DNA of 64,000 nucleotides. Source: Macrostomum lignano. Taxonomy: Eukaryota. Every line of letters starts with the position of its first letter. The first letter of the stretch is position 1. Location of the stretch: the NCBI GenBank assembly GCA_002269645.1, contig NIVC01002295.1, positions 62,001 through 126,000 of the forward strand, read 5' to 3'. Below, in pieces: positions 21,401 through 55,760 of the stretch. A model generated the notes under the pieces. That model saw only the letters and a program-made list of their open reading frames with translations, searched no databases and had not been told where the DNA came from. Position numbers and translations under genes: made by a program.

Positions 21401-23143
21401 TGAGTCACGAGCGTATCACGTGAGTTGTAGAATCCCAAAACTCGCGAAAAAGTCCTCCTAGAGTAGAGATAGAGTTTTTACAAAAGCGAAATTCGATTTT
21501 ATTGAGTAGTTACTACATGTAAAGTCAGTGACGCAGATGCCCTTTAGACGCAACGCAGTGGCTCTACAGCGACTCTGGCAAGCCTCAGATACGATCAATC
21601 GTAGAAACACCACTAGTTGAGAATTTCACTGCTTTTTGTCGGAATAATAGACGTTCCCTGTTTCTGCAAACCTTGCGTCCTTCATACGCTCGTATAGAGT
21701 TAAAAATATGCATGAATTTCATATCCTTTTATACTCTAGTGGTGCTTGTGCTTAGAGTAGCTATAATAACACTTGTTTCCATTTAAATTTCATTCGTGTT
21801 GCGTCACGGATTCTCAGGGTTCAGTGGAGGTCACCGCCTACGGCGTCCTCACCGCCCTGCTGGCCGAGTCGAGCAGCGAAGCCGCGGCGGCCAAGGCGGC
21901 TTTGCCGGCCCTGCAATGGCTGGTCAGCAAGCAGACGGACCAGGGCGGCTTCCACGACACGCAGAGCACCGTGGTCGGCATCCGCGCCATCGCCGCCTTC
22001 GCCACGGCCACTGGGGCCTCCGGACCGACTCGGGCCCGAATTGAAATCTTCGCCAAAGCCGCCGCCGTCGCCGCCACCAATTCCAGCACCGTGGTCAACA
22101 TCGAACCCGACGATCGTCGCGTTGTTCGCCGCCGTCTGCTTGGCCGCGGCGACGCCGCCGCTGAATTCTCCTCTGTCACCGTCCGCGCCGAGGGCACCGG
22201 CATCGCCTTGGCGACCGCGGCCTGGCAGTTCAACCTGCGCGATCCGGAGCGCCGCAGCCTCGTTGCCGACTGGACGGAGAGCTCCGGCCTCGGCCTCCGT
22301 CTGGCCGCCCCGCCGAAGGTGCCACCAGGAGCGGCCTTCGCATTCAGCGTGTGCGCCCGCGCCTCCGGCACGCAGGGCATGTACATCCTGACCATCAGCT
22401 CCCCTAGCGGCTACTCGCCGGAGGAGTTCACCAGAGCTGGTGCTGTGCCCGGCCTGCAGCTGGTTGAGGCGGGACCGCTGCAGATTGTCTTCTACTTTGA
22501 CCGGGTGGGTTGGCTTGCAGTCAGATGAAGAATCGAGCTTATGACTGCTTGCCAGATGAGAGAGGGAAGGAGAAGGAAGAGGGAAGAGACTTGAAAGGAG
22601 ATGAGAGAGAAGAAGAATCTTTGAATTTGAATTGTTACATTCCATATGCCAGTATTCTCATTGTGCCGAATTTTTCGGTTGCAGCTAATGGCAAAGAAGG
22701 AAGTTTGCGTCCAGTCGGCCTGGAGGCGGGACGTCCCGGTGCTGGATGTCCAGCCGCAGAAGATTACGCTGCAAAAGTACTATAATCCAGGTTAGTATGC
22801 TTAATAATTGTTGCTTTTGTAGTATTACGCTTTTGGATGTACATATTTACATACAAGTGTGTAGTTTATGCGTGTGTGTTTGCGTGCAACCTTCAACTAC
22901 ACTGAACTACTTAATGAAAGCGATATTTTTTACTTAAGACGATTTTTTATCGCCGAATTCCTATATTTCTACTTTCAGTGGCTAATTTGTCTATCCAAAA
23001 ACTTGTCACCTTCAAATATCCCGAACCTGACTAATTCAGAGCTGGTCAACACGGTGTTCTACTTGGACCCGGCTTTGCAGTCGGTTGGCCGGTGCCAGGC
23101 CTGTCCAGACTGTCCGGGATGTTCGCCGCCGCCGTCGCCATGA
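18471..23143 (+). CDS. Thioester-containing protein (alpha-2-macroglobulin/TEP/CD109 family), 3' eight exons; N-terminal exons not found in the window
   Basis: Exons 18471-18677, 18761-18803, 18898-19075, 19295-19705, 20090-21146, 21818-22504, 22685-22790, 23040-23143 (GT-AG, phases compatible). Motifs SFVFLTGIDASV, RTYFPETMLW, LPDTITSW, LPVLPEG, PRGCGEQNM (20424-20438), GYQRELTYRRDDGSYSAFG, VWLTAFV, VEVTAYG, GGFHDTQST, KYYNP, terminal CQACPDCPGC. Confidence 0.92.
19108..19278. repeat. ~25-bp minisatellite in TEP intron
   Basis: About 7 copies of gatcctactcaaactcgaactctgt. Confidence 0.9.
19770..20057. repeat. 11-bp tandem repeat in TEP intron
   Basis: About 26 near-perfect copies of tagatgtgtgg. 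Confidence 0.95.
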
Positions 23144-23525
23144 ACCAAAGCGTCCCGGACAATATAACCTAGCATAACGAATAGGCTCACTTTTTGTTTT
23201 AATCAATAGGAGTAACAATATTTGGTAGTGTATGAAATCCAGATTCCATCTCAAATTTGAGCGGATATCTCGGACTTAAGCGTCGCAAAATACAGGCTTT
23301 TTTCTTCCAAAAACTTCTAAACAGCAAATCGACCGTCTCTCCTTACCAATATTCATGTGTAGTCTAAAGCATTAAATGGGTTAAATATTCTACATGTAAT
23401 CAGTTATACGATTTAGGCAGTTCAAGCACCGTAAGTGCGAGCTACAAATGCAATTGTATAGCCAGACTAGATGATCAAAATTGTAAAACCTAAAATTATA
23501 TATGCTAATCATCAGCGGCAGTCTG

Positions 23526-24316
23526 ACATTTGACTATCAGTGACATTTGACTGCCAGTGACACTTGACTGCCAGTGACATTTGACTGCCAGTGACATTTG
23601 ACTGCCGTGACATTTGACTGCCAGTGACATTTGACTGCCAGTGACATTTGACTGCCAGTGACATTGGACTGCCGTGAAATTTGACTGTCTGTGACATTTG
23701 ACTGCCAGTGACATTTGATTGTCTGTGACATTTGACTACCAGTGACATTTGACTGCCAGTGACATTTAACTGCCGTGACATTTGACTGCCAGTGACATTT
23801 GACTGCCAGTGACATTTGATTGTCTGTGACATTTGACTGCCGTGACATTTGATTGTCTGTGACATTTGACTGCCAGTGACATTTGACTGCCAGTGACATT
23901 TGACTGCCAGTGACATTGGACTGCCCTGAAATTTGACTGTCTGTGACATTTGACTGCCAGTGACATTTGATTGTCTGTGACATTTGACTACCAGTGACAT
24001 TTGACTGCCAGTGACATTTGACTGCCGTGACATTTGACTGCCAGTGACATTTGACTGCCAGTGACATTTGATTGTCTGTGACATTTGACTGCCAGTGACA
24101 TTTGATTGTCTGTGACATTTGACTGCCGTGACATTTGACTGCCAGTGACATTTGACTGCCAGTGACATTTGACTGCCAGTGACATTGGACTGCCATGAAA
24201 TTTGACTGTCTGTGACATTTGACTGCCAGTGACATTTGATTGTCTGTGACATTTGACTACCAGTGACATTTGACTGCCGTGACATTTGACTGCCAGTGAC
24301 ATTTGACTGCCAGTGA
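23526..24316. repeat. 17-bp minisatellite array
   Basis: tgacatttgactgccag with 16-bp and ttgtctg variants. Confidence 0.95.
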
Positions 24317-26589
24317 TTGGGAACGCATCTTACGAGAGTGCAATGAATACAATATCTTTGCGATCTACTTTTATATTTAAATTTAATAGACATAATTTGC
24401 GCTTCTTACGTTTACAGTCCTGGTGTTTCAGTTTTACGAGACACGTGTATTTTACAGTGTACATGTACCAGGAATGTGTATGTACGCTCGTACAGTATTC
24501 AGAAGTCTGCAAGACTGCAACACTCTTTTAAAACAAAATATAACATAAAAAGTAGGTGAAGTGCATGATTTTACAACTACACTGTACATATAATGTGAAA
24601 AAATTATCAGCAGCCTTCCTCGACCAAAAATAAAAAACTTCCAAAAGTTGACTGAATAAAAACTACTAACTGATGGGCTCGCCCTCTTAACCCTTTGAGA
24701 TAGGAGTCTTAATCAATACCTGTATACCAATGACCGCGAGAGACCAACAGGCTGCAATTAAATGTGTATGGTTAGTTAATTTAGATTATCTAATCTACCG
24801 TCACTCACGCGGTCGCCAAATTAACCAGCTCTATCGAAATCTGGCTTCTGACTAGAATGGTTCTGAACTTACATGCCAGATAGTGTTAGCTTTCCATCTC
24901 AGAGTCATAGCCGATAACAAAAGACGCTGCGTGTAATGTTACTGCATTTCATGCAGGTACAGAGAAGAGTTTTTCGATCAGAGCTAGGTGTGTCTCTCTT
25001 GGAGATTCTCTTATATGCACTGCTGAATGGACATTTGAATTTCCAGAAAGTAAATAAATGTGTATAAGTATTTTCACACTTAGGCTAAAATCTGTTAACT
25101 CGTCAACAGATAGCACTGATGTATATTCTACCTACGATGTACATGTAATTATTCATTTTTGCCCACTTTGCTAACTAATTGGAATGCACTAAAGTAGATG
25201 TCTGAAAGACGATTTGCATGATTTTCATACTGATAGACTGGGAAATTACTTAGAGTAAAAGAGAAGGAGATTAAAACTCGACTAGGTCCGTAGTCTAAGA
25301 TTCAGATAGACAAGTGTGGTCCTCATCATTAATTGTAGATCAAAGCCTTATTTGATTACATTAATTAAGTTCTAAGGTGCTATCAAAATTATACAATGAT
25401 TTTTATGAGGAAGTAAATATCCTGGGAAAACAAAGACTAACCATCTAAACTTTCCGCATGCCGTCTTTACTTGTATTAGTTGTATACAGACTGTTTTGAG
25501 TTGTTCAGTATTTCTGATTTAAAAGCCGTTTCTTTCGCGCTAAAACAACTGCAACTTATATTTTTAATTCAAAAACAAAACAACTAATAATTTTTAAACT
25601 TTTTATTAAAAAAAGTTTTTACGTAAAACTAAAACTTGCTTTAAAGCAGTTGTAAAAGTTTTGTGATATCTTAAGTTAATTTTTTTGATAATTTTTGTTG
25701 GAAATGTCTGACAAAAAGGAAAAAATGAGAAGACTGAGTATTTAACTATAACTTGGTTACTGACTAACTGACTTACTATTATGCATGCGCAAAAAATTGT
25801 TGACATAACAGCTAAATCACACCAAAATTTTGTACATTTGTTTTCTAGTACATATAGGTCCCTATTAATATTATGCAACATTTGCTCGCTATTAGTGCAC
25901 AAACAGATAGTGTTAGTGTTAGCCACTTGTGTGGCTTTTAATTTGGACTAGCAAGCAAGACGAAGAGCCTGTAGCGTACTTTAATAACTTTCTCGAAATT
26001 TCGTTAGATTTCTAAAGTCAAAAAGATTTATATTTCCAGAAACTTCTTTGAGTTAGCAGCTAATCTATAACATACGCATATAAATAGTAAATAATTATTT
26101 ATTACTTAACTGTTAATATTCTACTCGTATTTGCGTAACGTATATAATTAAAGGGTTATTTCGCTTTGTTAAAATTAGCTAAATCTTTCTAGAAATTTCC
26201 GGAAGACAATAACAAAGCTATAAATACACGGCGGCGGCAGTGAAACAAATCACTCACTCTCCCCTTGTTTTCTCTTCGATCTGATTTCCGTTGATAAACA
26301 ACTAAACGAACCACCGCCTTGCTCTTATTCAATAATCAATTAAAGAAAATTCTACAAGCCATGGCATTGAAAATCAATAAAGAATCTTTTTCGTCTAAAT
26401 CAGATGAAAGTATAAAATAAGAATGAAATAAAGCTTTAATAACTCATTTTCTACCTTCCTAGGCCCTACACATCATATGTTTGATTTGAATTGAGTTAGC
26501 TTTGCATTTTCCAATATGTTTTTTATCTAGATTGTAGGGCCTAGCCTAGGGCTAGGCTACGTATCATTTTATTGAGAATACAATGTTTG

Positions 26590-27255
26590 CTTGCGGGAAG
26601 TTTTCTTGTGGAATTTTGCTTGCTGAACTTTGCTTGCCATCTGTCAAATTTTGCTTGCCAAAGTTTGCTTGCAGAATTTTGCCTGCCAAACTTTGCTTGC
26701 TGAACTTTGCTTGCCAAACTTTGCATGCCAAACTTTTCTTGCAGGAAATTTGCTTGCCAAAATTTGCTTGCAGGAACTTTGCCAAACTTTGGGTATCTAA
26801 GCATTGGGTATATTATTATGAGTCATGATATATAGCAATTTACAGATTAGTGGTACATTATAATTTATATTTATTTGCTAAAAATCTATTCTATATATTT
26901 TGTTGCCTAAATCATTCAATGTGTGTATTGTTCAAAATTATATCCAATTTTTGTTGAAAATATATTCCTAATAAAAAACTAAATTTTTCCATTTTTATGT
27001 TAGGCATTAGGGCTTTTCAAATCTACCTGACTAGTAACTACCATATCTTCATACAAAATCATAATTCTATAAGCAAACAAAGTTTCTAAGCCTTTGCTTG
27101 CTTTTGCTTTTACATTCGCTTAAGCAGACTTTGGCAAGCAAAGTTTGGCAAGCAAAGTTTAGCAAGCAAAGTTTGGCATTGGCAAGCAAAATTCCATAGC
27201 CTAAGCAAAAGTCCCTCAAGCAAACTTTAGTAAGCAAACTTCTTGTAAGCAAATT
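26590..27255. repeat. Two inverted arrays of a ttgcttgccaaa motif (foldback-like)
   Basis: ttgcttgccaaa-type copies at ~26590-26790; tttggcaagcaa-type copies at ~27125-27255. Confidence 0.6.
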
Positions 27256-29774
27256 TCATGGACTCCATTTTATTATACTCATCTAGCTGGTATAAAATAT
27301 TAGGCCCAACAAATTTTGAAGATTTGTGATAATATAATTTAAATATGCTTATTGCCAGCAAATTGCAATCTAGCAATACTAGCACTAGGTTTTTTTAAAG
27401 TTGGAAATCTAATTGCTAGCTGGTCTTTGGGGCTCAAAATCCAATTGCCAATGGCTATTTTTGGTTGCCCATTGGCAACTAGACCTAGCCAAATTCTTGA
27501 AGATAGAATTGGATATTTCCAAGGCTGCATTTAAAAAGTAGAAATTTGTTCTCTCAACTCTAAGATTGCTATCTATGCTATAAACAATAACAAACTAATA
27601 ATTCTATCATATCAATTCATATTGCACTTTTGTTATACTTACAAAATTATTTCTTAAAATTGGCAACTGCCCTAAAGAAAATGAAATTACTAGACTGGCC
27701 TTTAAGGCCAAAAATCCAGTTGTTAATGAGATTTTCAAGGGACCAAAAAACCTTGTATGGCCCAAAAAACCCATTGCTGGTGGCCAGAGATTGTTAGGCT
27801 AGAAACAATCTCTAAGCTCCCTTTTGAAGGAACTCCTATGTTGCTTTTGTTGTATGTGCAATTGTGGCAACTCAAATTTGGTGGTCTTCACCAAGCAGCT
27901 TGGCTATTGCTTTAACTTTCTCCTAGTTGGTGCTAGTAGCTAGTTGTCCATTGTGGATATCATCTTCAAGGCTTACCTTGCCACATATGAATTTGTTATA
28001 ATGTCATTTAATGGTACACAGAGAAGGATAAGTTATGGGGTATATAGATTTGATCTCTTCTCCAATTGCTATTGGCTATAGCCCTTTCGGAGTGAAAAAT
28101 TAATGAGGGCTCAGTATTCTTGCTTGTCTATTTTGCTAAAAATCGAAGGAGTGCTTAGAGTTTGTAGAGAAAGGATACAGTTAAAAGACATAAAAAGTAA
28201 AAATTTTACCCTATATATTTCATATAAAAGTACTTTACAATGTTAAAAACATATTTATAAAAAAACTTTTGAAATTACTGAATGACAAAACTTTTTGAAC
28301 TACCCTCAAAGGCCTATCAAACAACAATGCAACAATAAAGGGCCTATCAACTTAAGGCTAAAATGAAGCCTAAGTGACCTATACACACAAATGATACCTA
28401 ATTCTACTCACAGTGATGCCAAAAAGCTGGGTTTGGCAAAAAAGGTGACAAAAATCAAACTTGGGATATGGGAGAACAAGCAAGGGGATAATTGAGAATA
28501 TTATATCAACTTAAGCTCATAAAGTAGAGTCCGAGTGATCTTTGCATTTGCCAGAAAGTGATTATATTATATTATATTATATAATATTATGTTATATTAT
28601 ATTTATATTACTATATTACTATTTACTGTCTTAGCTCATATTACTGCATAATATGTTTGAATGTCACAATTGATACAAGGTGATGAGTACAATTTTGGCT
28701 GGATCTGTTTGGAATGGATTATTCTGGCAGTAAATGTGTGTGTCATCTATTCTGCTCTAGCTGCTCTTAGTCTTAATGGAGCAGGTATAGTGACCTTGTA
28801 TTAGCATGTATTAGCGCCGTGATAGGAGACTAAAAACAGGAAATCCAATGCTGTTAGTATTGTCATAGTCCTCTTTGTGTTAAATGTGAGTTGTGATCTT
28901 TTGACCATTCTATGCAGTGCAATTGAAGTGCAGCAGAGTCATGTGGCTAGGTAGCATAAGCAGCGCATTATCCCAGTGACCATTGCAAGACTGAGTGCTG
29001 CATCAAGATTGCTCTTTTACAATGCTAGAGGCAAACACGCAATGCAGATGCCAGCTATTATTAATTATATATAAATATATTACAAAATAAGGCTTAGGTT
29101 AAAGGTTTTTTAAATAAAATATATTTTCATTTGCAATAAGAATAAATAAGAAAAAATATTATAAGGCTGTATAATTAGATAATAAAAACAACTCAATAAA
29201 TTAATCTCAAAACTTTCTACTTGTTATTAGCTTAGTTTCATATATAATTACCAGACCAATTATTTTTCAAGTATGTTAAAATGATAATAATAAACAGCAT
29301 AAATAGCAATCTTTGTCTCAATGGCAAAGTGAAGCCTTGCTTAGTTAACTAAAAAAGCTATAAGCTAAAGAGTTAGTTGCAAATGAAAAATGCTATTTGT
29401 ATGCCAACTGATAAAGCAAGTATAAGCAATGTGTCAAGTTCTCAGATAGGCATAGCAAATAATTACAGTCTTTTCAGTTTGACATTGTGCATAGCACACC
29501 TAGTAATGCTTGCAAGGTACTAAGCTCCTTGAAGTAGTGCCTTGTTTAGAAAGTGGACTCTAGCTCTAGCAGTAGTAGCACCTATTTAAACACTACCAGG
29601 GCCTGCACTGTCTTGCCTAGCAGTTTCTGAGTCCTTAACCAGGGTCTTGATTGCCAGTCTCAAGAACTTTAGGAACTATTTGGAGACAATTCAAGATTTT
29701 CAAACTAGCAAAAATACCTAGTGAAATCTGAATTTGTAAAACTAACAAATTGATTTTTGGTTAACCAAGTAAGG

Positions 29775-30124
29775 CCATACATGTGCAACCTTGGGAATCA
29801 ACCGGCCATTTCTATTGGCATCATACACATGTAAGTCGCTATTGGCTGTGTGTAGTCACCATGCTTGGGCGCAACCTTGAGATTCACTCAGCCGTTTCTA
29901 TTGGCAACGCACACACATAAGTTGCTATTGGACGGAATAGTAGTCACGTGACTGCTTTCAGCCAATAGCGACTTACATGTATGTGTTGCCAATAGAAACG
30001 GCCGGGTGATTCCCAAAGTTGCGCATGTATGGTAGTCACGTGACTACTATTCTATCCAATAGCAACTTACATATGTGTTGCCAATAGAAATGGCTGGATG
30101 AATCCCTAGGTTGTGCCCAAGCAT
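29775..30124. promoter_or_regulatory. Inverted-repeat module with 8 CCAAT/ATTGG boxes and two GTCACGTGAC motifs ~420 bp upstream of the PARP ATG
   Basis: Arms A (29775-29849) and B (29861-29952) are followed by reverse complements A' (29959-30032) and B' (30034-30124). Regulatory function is inferred only. Confidence 0.45.
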
Positions 30125-30547
30125 CGCTCTTTCACTCTGCTGCAAGGTGAACCTTAGGTGAAGGAGCCTACTAGATTTGGCACTTCTATGCAATCATAAA
30201 TATACAGACTAGAAAAAATCTGTTTTATAAGCATCAGACCAGCAGCTAACTGATAAAAATCTCTGAATAAAAAACTTTGCTTATCTGAAAATGCACAGTG
30301 GATGGAAAGCCAGATCATTTGACTTGTAGCTGAATATTTGCTGTTTTTTGATCAAGCCCCATTAGCAGAATTAATTAGTTTGTAAAAAGAAATATGCTAC
30401 AATCCTTCTAGTGAGAATGAAAATAATTTTTTATCTTTTAGATGAAATTATTTTGCCACATTTCAGAAGCAAACCTATCAAACAAAAGGAACTTGACAAA
30501 ATAAAAACTAGTTTAAAAAGAGTTCTTTGGTGGAATTTAAGCCAGCA

Positions 30548-51616
<21,069 letters not shown>

Positions 51617-52754
51617 CTTGTAGCAACCTCCATAGCTATACACTGCCGATATGTATCGTAGTACACTTGTTTAAGGAACTTTTTTCTCTTTTTTCTTGCT
51701 GAATGGTTAGCTTCATTGGTACTATTTGGTTTTCAATAATCTTGTGCGAAATAAAATACTTTTATTGAAGTTCTCCAATAATTTTGCATCGAACGGTGTT
51801 ATACCTCTGTTTTGTTCATTCTTTGATATTTAATTATACCGATTTTATTACCTTATTCTCACTAAATCGCTGAGTTTCCTGTTTCAAATCTGATTTAAAA
51901 AACCAAAGCTTTTTCTGTCATTAACCGCTATTTAATTTAGTTTACAATCATTTGAGCCGACCTGAACTGAAAGTAAAACCCGCTTGTGCCTGTTTATAAT
52001 TTCATTTCAGGATATCCTCTTGTTGCTGGTCCCACACTGAGTTGTTACCATGTTATTGTTCGTTAAAATAATTATTAGTGTCGGTGTCGCGTCACAATTT
52101 TCACTAAAATTGATTAAACAATCAAATATTAATTCTAGGAAGTACGAGCTCATTTCCGTATGTTGCTATGTTACTAGTATAGTAGCTCGAACATTATTGA
52201 CCTTTTTGAATGCTAGATACTTTGTTTTACAATTTCTAAGTTAAATTCTTATTACCTGTCTATAGGCCCCTTTTCAAATTATTGTTCCGTTCTGAACTTT
52301 TTATTAGTAGACAGAAATCATGACTTTGCCTTACATACTACTCAACTTTTGTGTTGTTGTTTTCATTGTTTTAAATTATTTGATAGTGAAATTCAACTGC
52401 ACTTGATTAAAAAAGCTGAAATTTTCCAAAAATTTCTGCTTCTCTTTTTATAGTGCCTCTAAAACTTGCACTTTATTCTCCCCATTTAATCATCTGTGGC
52501 TCCCGGCACTACTGCACTATGTACAGATATAAATTATACCATAAGTAGTATGTAGTGTGCTGTCCCGCGTTTTCTAAATCCATCCGATTGATTTCCACAT
52601 TTTTTTCAATAGCGAATGACGGTGTCTGGTTTTGCTGATTTTTCCTTTATGTTCTTTTTTTCCATTTCTAAAATAATTTGTCATCTTTGCCTGCTGAATT
52701 GGCTGTTAGTGTGATAATATAAATATCTATGACTACAAGTAAATATATCTATGA

Positions 52755-53440
52755 TGGATTGCTCATCTATCCTATCATTAGTTAATGAATAGATTGGATT
52801 GCTAATCTATCCTATCATTAGTTAATGAATAGATTGGATTGCTAATCTATCCTATCATTAGTTAATGAATCGAATGGATTGCTAATCTATCCTATCATTA
52901 GTTAATGAATCGAATGGATTGCTAATCTATCCTATCATTAGTTAATGAATAGATTGGATTGCTAATCTATCCTATCATTAGTTAATGAATAGATTGGATT
53001 GCTAATCTATCTTATCATTAGTTAATGAATAGATTGGATTGCTAATCTATCCTATCATTAGTTAATGAATAGATTGGATTGCTAATCTATCCTATCATTA
53101 GTTAATGAATAGATTGGATTGCTAATCTATCCTATCATTAGTTAATGAATAGATTGGATTGCTAATCTATCCTATCATTAGTTAGTGAATCGAATGGATT
53201 GCTAATCTATCCTATCATTAGTTAATGAATCGAATGGATTGCTAATCTATCCTATCATTAGTTAATGAATGGATCGGATTGCTAATCTATCCTATCATTA
53301 GTTAATGAATAGATTGGATTGCTAATCTATCTTATCATTAGTTAATGAATAGATTGGATTGCTAATCTATCTTATCATTAGTTAATGAATCGAATGGATT
53401 GCTAGTCTATCCTATAATTAGTTTATTAATGAATAGATTG
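52755..53440. repeat. 40-bp minisatellite
   Basis: ggattgctaatctatcctatcattagttaatgaatagatt units. Confidence 0.95.
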
Positions 53441-54049
53441 GATTTCTAAGCTATCAAGCTAATAGTATAGCAGTTTTTACTTAATTCTGTTTTTCTGTGT
53501 TCTAGTGTGTTGCGAGTGCACCTCGTTAAAAACCAAATAAACGCTGATCTGCTATGTCTTGTTTTGCAAACTTTTTAACTTAGTCCTAATAATAAATAAA
53601 AGTCGATAGCGATTTTGCAAAGTTTCTTAATAATTTTGCTAAGAAAAGTTTACAGAGCTTTCAGGGGTAAGAGGAGATCTGATAGTCAAGTTTGGATTAA
53701 TTAGCAGAAAAATTTGCATTCAGCCTGGGCCAATTCAATTGGCAGCAATGGCTCGTAGTGGGGGGGGGGGCTGGTTCAATTCCAAAGGGGGTTACAGTAC
53801 AGTGAACCCAATTCAGCACTGCAAACGGTCAGGAGCTGCCTGCATGGCTCTATGTAAACTAAGATTCTCTTGCGCTAATCTGCCTACATAATTTTTCTGC
53901 TTCTGCTGATCGCCGCTTGCTGTCAATTCTGAGATCGATATAAATTCGCTGCGTGAGTCAGCCTTTTGTCTGCTTGTGCATTTTAGCTGCTGTATGCATG
54001 TCCCCTGCTGCGGTGCCTGGGGGTCTGCAGCTGCTCACTCCTATTTAGT

Positions 54050-54104
54050 GTCAGTCTGTGTCCATCCCTTTTTGGCATTCTTCTATAGTGTCTGTCTGTC
54101 TGTC

Positions 54105-54167
<63 letters not shown>

Positions 54168-54227
54168 TAAGTGTCTGTCTGTCTGTCTTAGTGTCTGTCT
54201 GTCTGTCTTAGTGTCTGTCTGTCTGTC

Positions 54228-54268
<41 letters not shown>

Positions 54269-54281
54269 ATGTATGTATGTA

Positions 54282-54314
<33 letters not shown>

Positions 54315-54345
54315 TTCTGTCTGTCTATTTGCTTGTCTATCTGTT

Positions 54346-54384
<39 letters not shown>

Positions 54385-54399
54385 GTCTGTCTGTCTGTC

Positions 54400-54436
<37 letters not shown>

Positions 54437-54495
54437 ATGTATGTATGTATGTCTGTATGTATGTCTGTCTGTCTGTATGTATGTCTGTCTGTCAG
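54050..54495. repeat. (TCTG)n/(TATG)n microsatellite
   Basis: Direct reading of the sequence. Confidence 0.95.
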
Positions 54496-55319
54496 TATAT
54501 TTCCCCGTCTCCCTACCCAATTTTTAAATCCATGATGACTCCCTGGATATGTTATGCATAGCTTTCCACATGGACTATGCATGCAAGCTACTTGTAGGTA
54601 AATACTGCAACTCACTGACCGCAAATTGGCAATCTATTCCATAGTATAGCGAGGTCCAAACTGCATTCCCGATTCCCATTCACCGAACCTATCATTCCAT
54701 TTACAGACGATGCTGTGTGCCACCAAGCATAGACTTAGTCTGTACAGCTTTTCTAGATTGGCTTAGCAACTGGCATTTCAGTCCGTAGCTGCGTAGAAAC
54801 GGGATTAGAAAAAAATTTAATATTTTTATTTTTACATAGCCAATTCTCTTTGTTAGTTATAGCCACGATGGCGCAGCATCGGCTAAAGCGGACTACTTCT
54901 GCACTCTTGCATTGCTTAGCTGGATTTCAGTGGCTTGTGCCACGCCGCCTTGTGCCTATGCATAGTGGTGCATGCGGAAACACTCGGTTGCGAGTGTTAC
55001 GGTTAGCAATCAGTGTTTACATGTAGTTGTGCATGTAAGTCTGATTATAACCACTGATAAGCGTGCAGAGGTGTGTTGTGTATAACTTATTACCTTGGAC
55101 AATATCGAAATGAGCGCATTGAGCACTGAAGACTGCAGAGTACCGATTTTGCAACTGTAATTTACTGCTGGAGATATGAGATAAACTCGCCTATTTTAGT
55201 TTTTAACACTGTCTTAGATTACTGCGAAATTTCCCAAATAAGCCCGAAATTCCTCCTGAATCACCTCCAGAGTCCCCGGATCCAACAGTCCCATGATCCC
55301 CAAAAGCCTCCAGAAGTTC

Positions 55320-55760
55320 CATGACCCCCAATGCCCTCCAGAGTCCCATGAGCCCCGAAATTCCCGAGAGTCTCATGAGCCCCAAAAATCCCCCGGAGTC
55401 CCATGAGCCCCGAAATTCCCGAGAGTCCCATGAGCCCCGAAATTCCCGAGAGTCTCATGAGCCCCGAAATTCCCGAGAGTCCCATGAGCCCCGAAATTCC
55501 CGAGAGTCTCATGAGCCCCGAAATTCCCGAGAGTCCCATGAGCCCCGAAATTCCCGAGAGTCCCATGAGCCCCGAAATTCCCGAGAGTCCCATGAGCCCC
55601 GAAATTCCCGAGAGTCCCATGAGCCCCCAAATTCCGGAGAGTCCCATAAGCCCCAAAAATCCTCCGGAGTCCCATGAGCCCCCAAATTCCCGAGAGTCCC
55701 ATAAGCCCCAAAAATCAATCGGAGTCCAACGACCCAAAAAATCCCCTGGCAATCCTTGAC
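55320..55760. repeat. 27-bp minisatellite
   Basis: catgagccccgaaattcccgagagtc(c/t) units. Confidence 0.92.

Noticed and set aside
23370-24700. piggyBac-like ends (GGGTTAA at ~23376, TTAACCC at ~24688)
   Set aside because: They face outward rather than enclosing an element, and no extended TIR match was found.
53740-53800. Third SINE head (GGTTCAATTCC after a G run)
   Set aside because: Only a B-box-like match; the A box and body are too degenerate to support a call.
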